Of a stretch of 43,828 nt of DNA, positions 43,239-43,828 are shown one piece after another. Numbering within the stretch: the stretch's first letter is position 1; every line of letters begins with the position of its first letter. The DNA lies in assembly GCA_027488595.1 (NCBI GenBank), contig JAIYBI010000240.1:1-43828 (forward strand). Direction: 5' to 3'. The notes under the pieces are model-generated. The model was not told the DNA's origin. It did not search any database and was given only the letters and a program-made list of their open reading frames with translations. Both the position numbers and the translations under genes were made by a program. The stretch is from Opitutaceae bacterium (GTDB lineage Bacteria; Verrucomicrobiota; Verrucomicrobiia; Opitutales; Opitutaceae).

Positions 43239-43828
43239 TTACTTCTTCGACGGCGTGACGTTTTTGATCTTTTTCCCGCCGGGCGCGACTGTGGCGACGG
43301 CAGCGACGAGGGGTTCGTCCTTGCTGTATTTGTTAACCAGCAACTGCTGCACGATGGTGAAGAGACCGTTGATGGTGGAGTAGAGGGCGAGGGCGGAGGC
43401 GAAGTTGTAGCAGATGAGCGTGAAGACCCAGGGCATGATTTTCATGATCATGGCCTGCGGCCCCTCCATCGAGGTGGGCGTGGGGGTCAGCTTCATCTGG
43501 AAGAACATGGTGGCACCCATCAGCAGCGGCATGATGTTGAGCGGCAGTCCGAGGCCGGGCAGGTGCCAGATCGTGTCCGGCGCGGAAAGATCGTGGGCCC
43601 AGAGGAAACCCTGGAAACGGAGCTCGGCCGTGCCTTGGAGCATGGCGAAGAACCCGACGAAAAGCGGGATCGTAATGAGAATCGGGATACAGCCGCCGGC
43701 GGGGTTGACTTTGTGCTCCTTGAAGAGCGCAAGGGTGGCCTCGTTGAGCTTCTTGGGGTTGTCCTTATACTTCTCCTTGATCGCCTTCATGGGCTCGGCG
43801 AGCTTGGCCATATTATTCGCCGAGCGGG
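43239..43828 (-). CDS. yidC: Membrane protein insertase YidC (3' part; truncated by window edge)
   Basis: M.KL..P...IKEKY.D, LFKEHKVNP.GGC.P, ELR...FLW..DLS.PD and L.LY....LF.I.QQ motifs. Confidence 0.93.
   Translation of the reverse strand, partial: RSANNMAKLAEPMKAIKEKYKDNPKKLNEATLALFKEHKVNPAGGCIPILITIPLFVGFFAMLQGTAELRFQGFLWAHDLSAPDTIWHLPGLGLPLNIMPLLMGATMFFQMKLTPTPTSMEGPQAMIMKIMPWVFTLICYNFASALALYSTINGLFTIVQQLLVNKYSKDEPLVAAVATVAPGGKKIKNVTPSKK

Overview
GC-rich bacterial chromosomal segment. Gene content and motifs, such as the 'AMAIPAFQKVR' pilin-type helix and a TPR/ExbBD cluster, suggest Verrucomicrobiota (Opitutaceae-like); this is an inference. Left to right: DUF2167 and membrane proteins; coaB-coaC-panB with a split CoaBC; glpK-glpD; and a large divergent purine-catabolism cluster. 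Its left arm is uricase, PucG, a deaminase, a Rieske oxygenase and DUF429. Its right arm is UraD, UraH, allantoate amidohydrolase, allantoinase and Add, followed by MocA/XdhC. Two face-to-face sigma54-like promoters lie between the arms. Next come two PIN-type toxin-antitoxin pairs, a CBS-PP2C phosphatase bracketed by a pair of about 177-bp MITE-like elements, an orphan ORF bracketed by GACCCC/GGGGTC repeats, an EF-hand membrane protein, a DUF1573-rhodanese-MauE operon, PG-binding and RDD proteins, and an orphan OppA. The right part holds a TPR-TPR-ExbB-ExbD-ExbD-(TonB-like anchor + vWA) operon, a glyoxalase, a lipoprotein with a C-terminal pilin-like domain, and the 3' end of yidC. I saw no rRNA, tRNA, CRISPR array or transposase. 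The best candidates for undescribed biology are (1) the ExbB/ExbD motor operon with a vWA-tipped TonB-like transducer and (2) the Rieske oxygenase plus atypical deaminase extension of purine catabolism. All calls come from motif recognition by eye; no searches were run.
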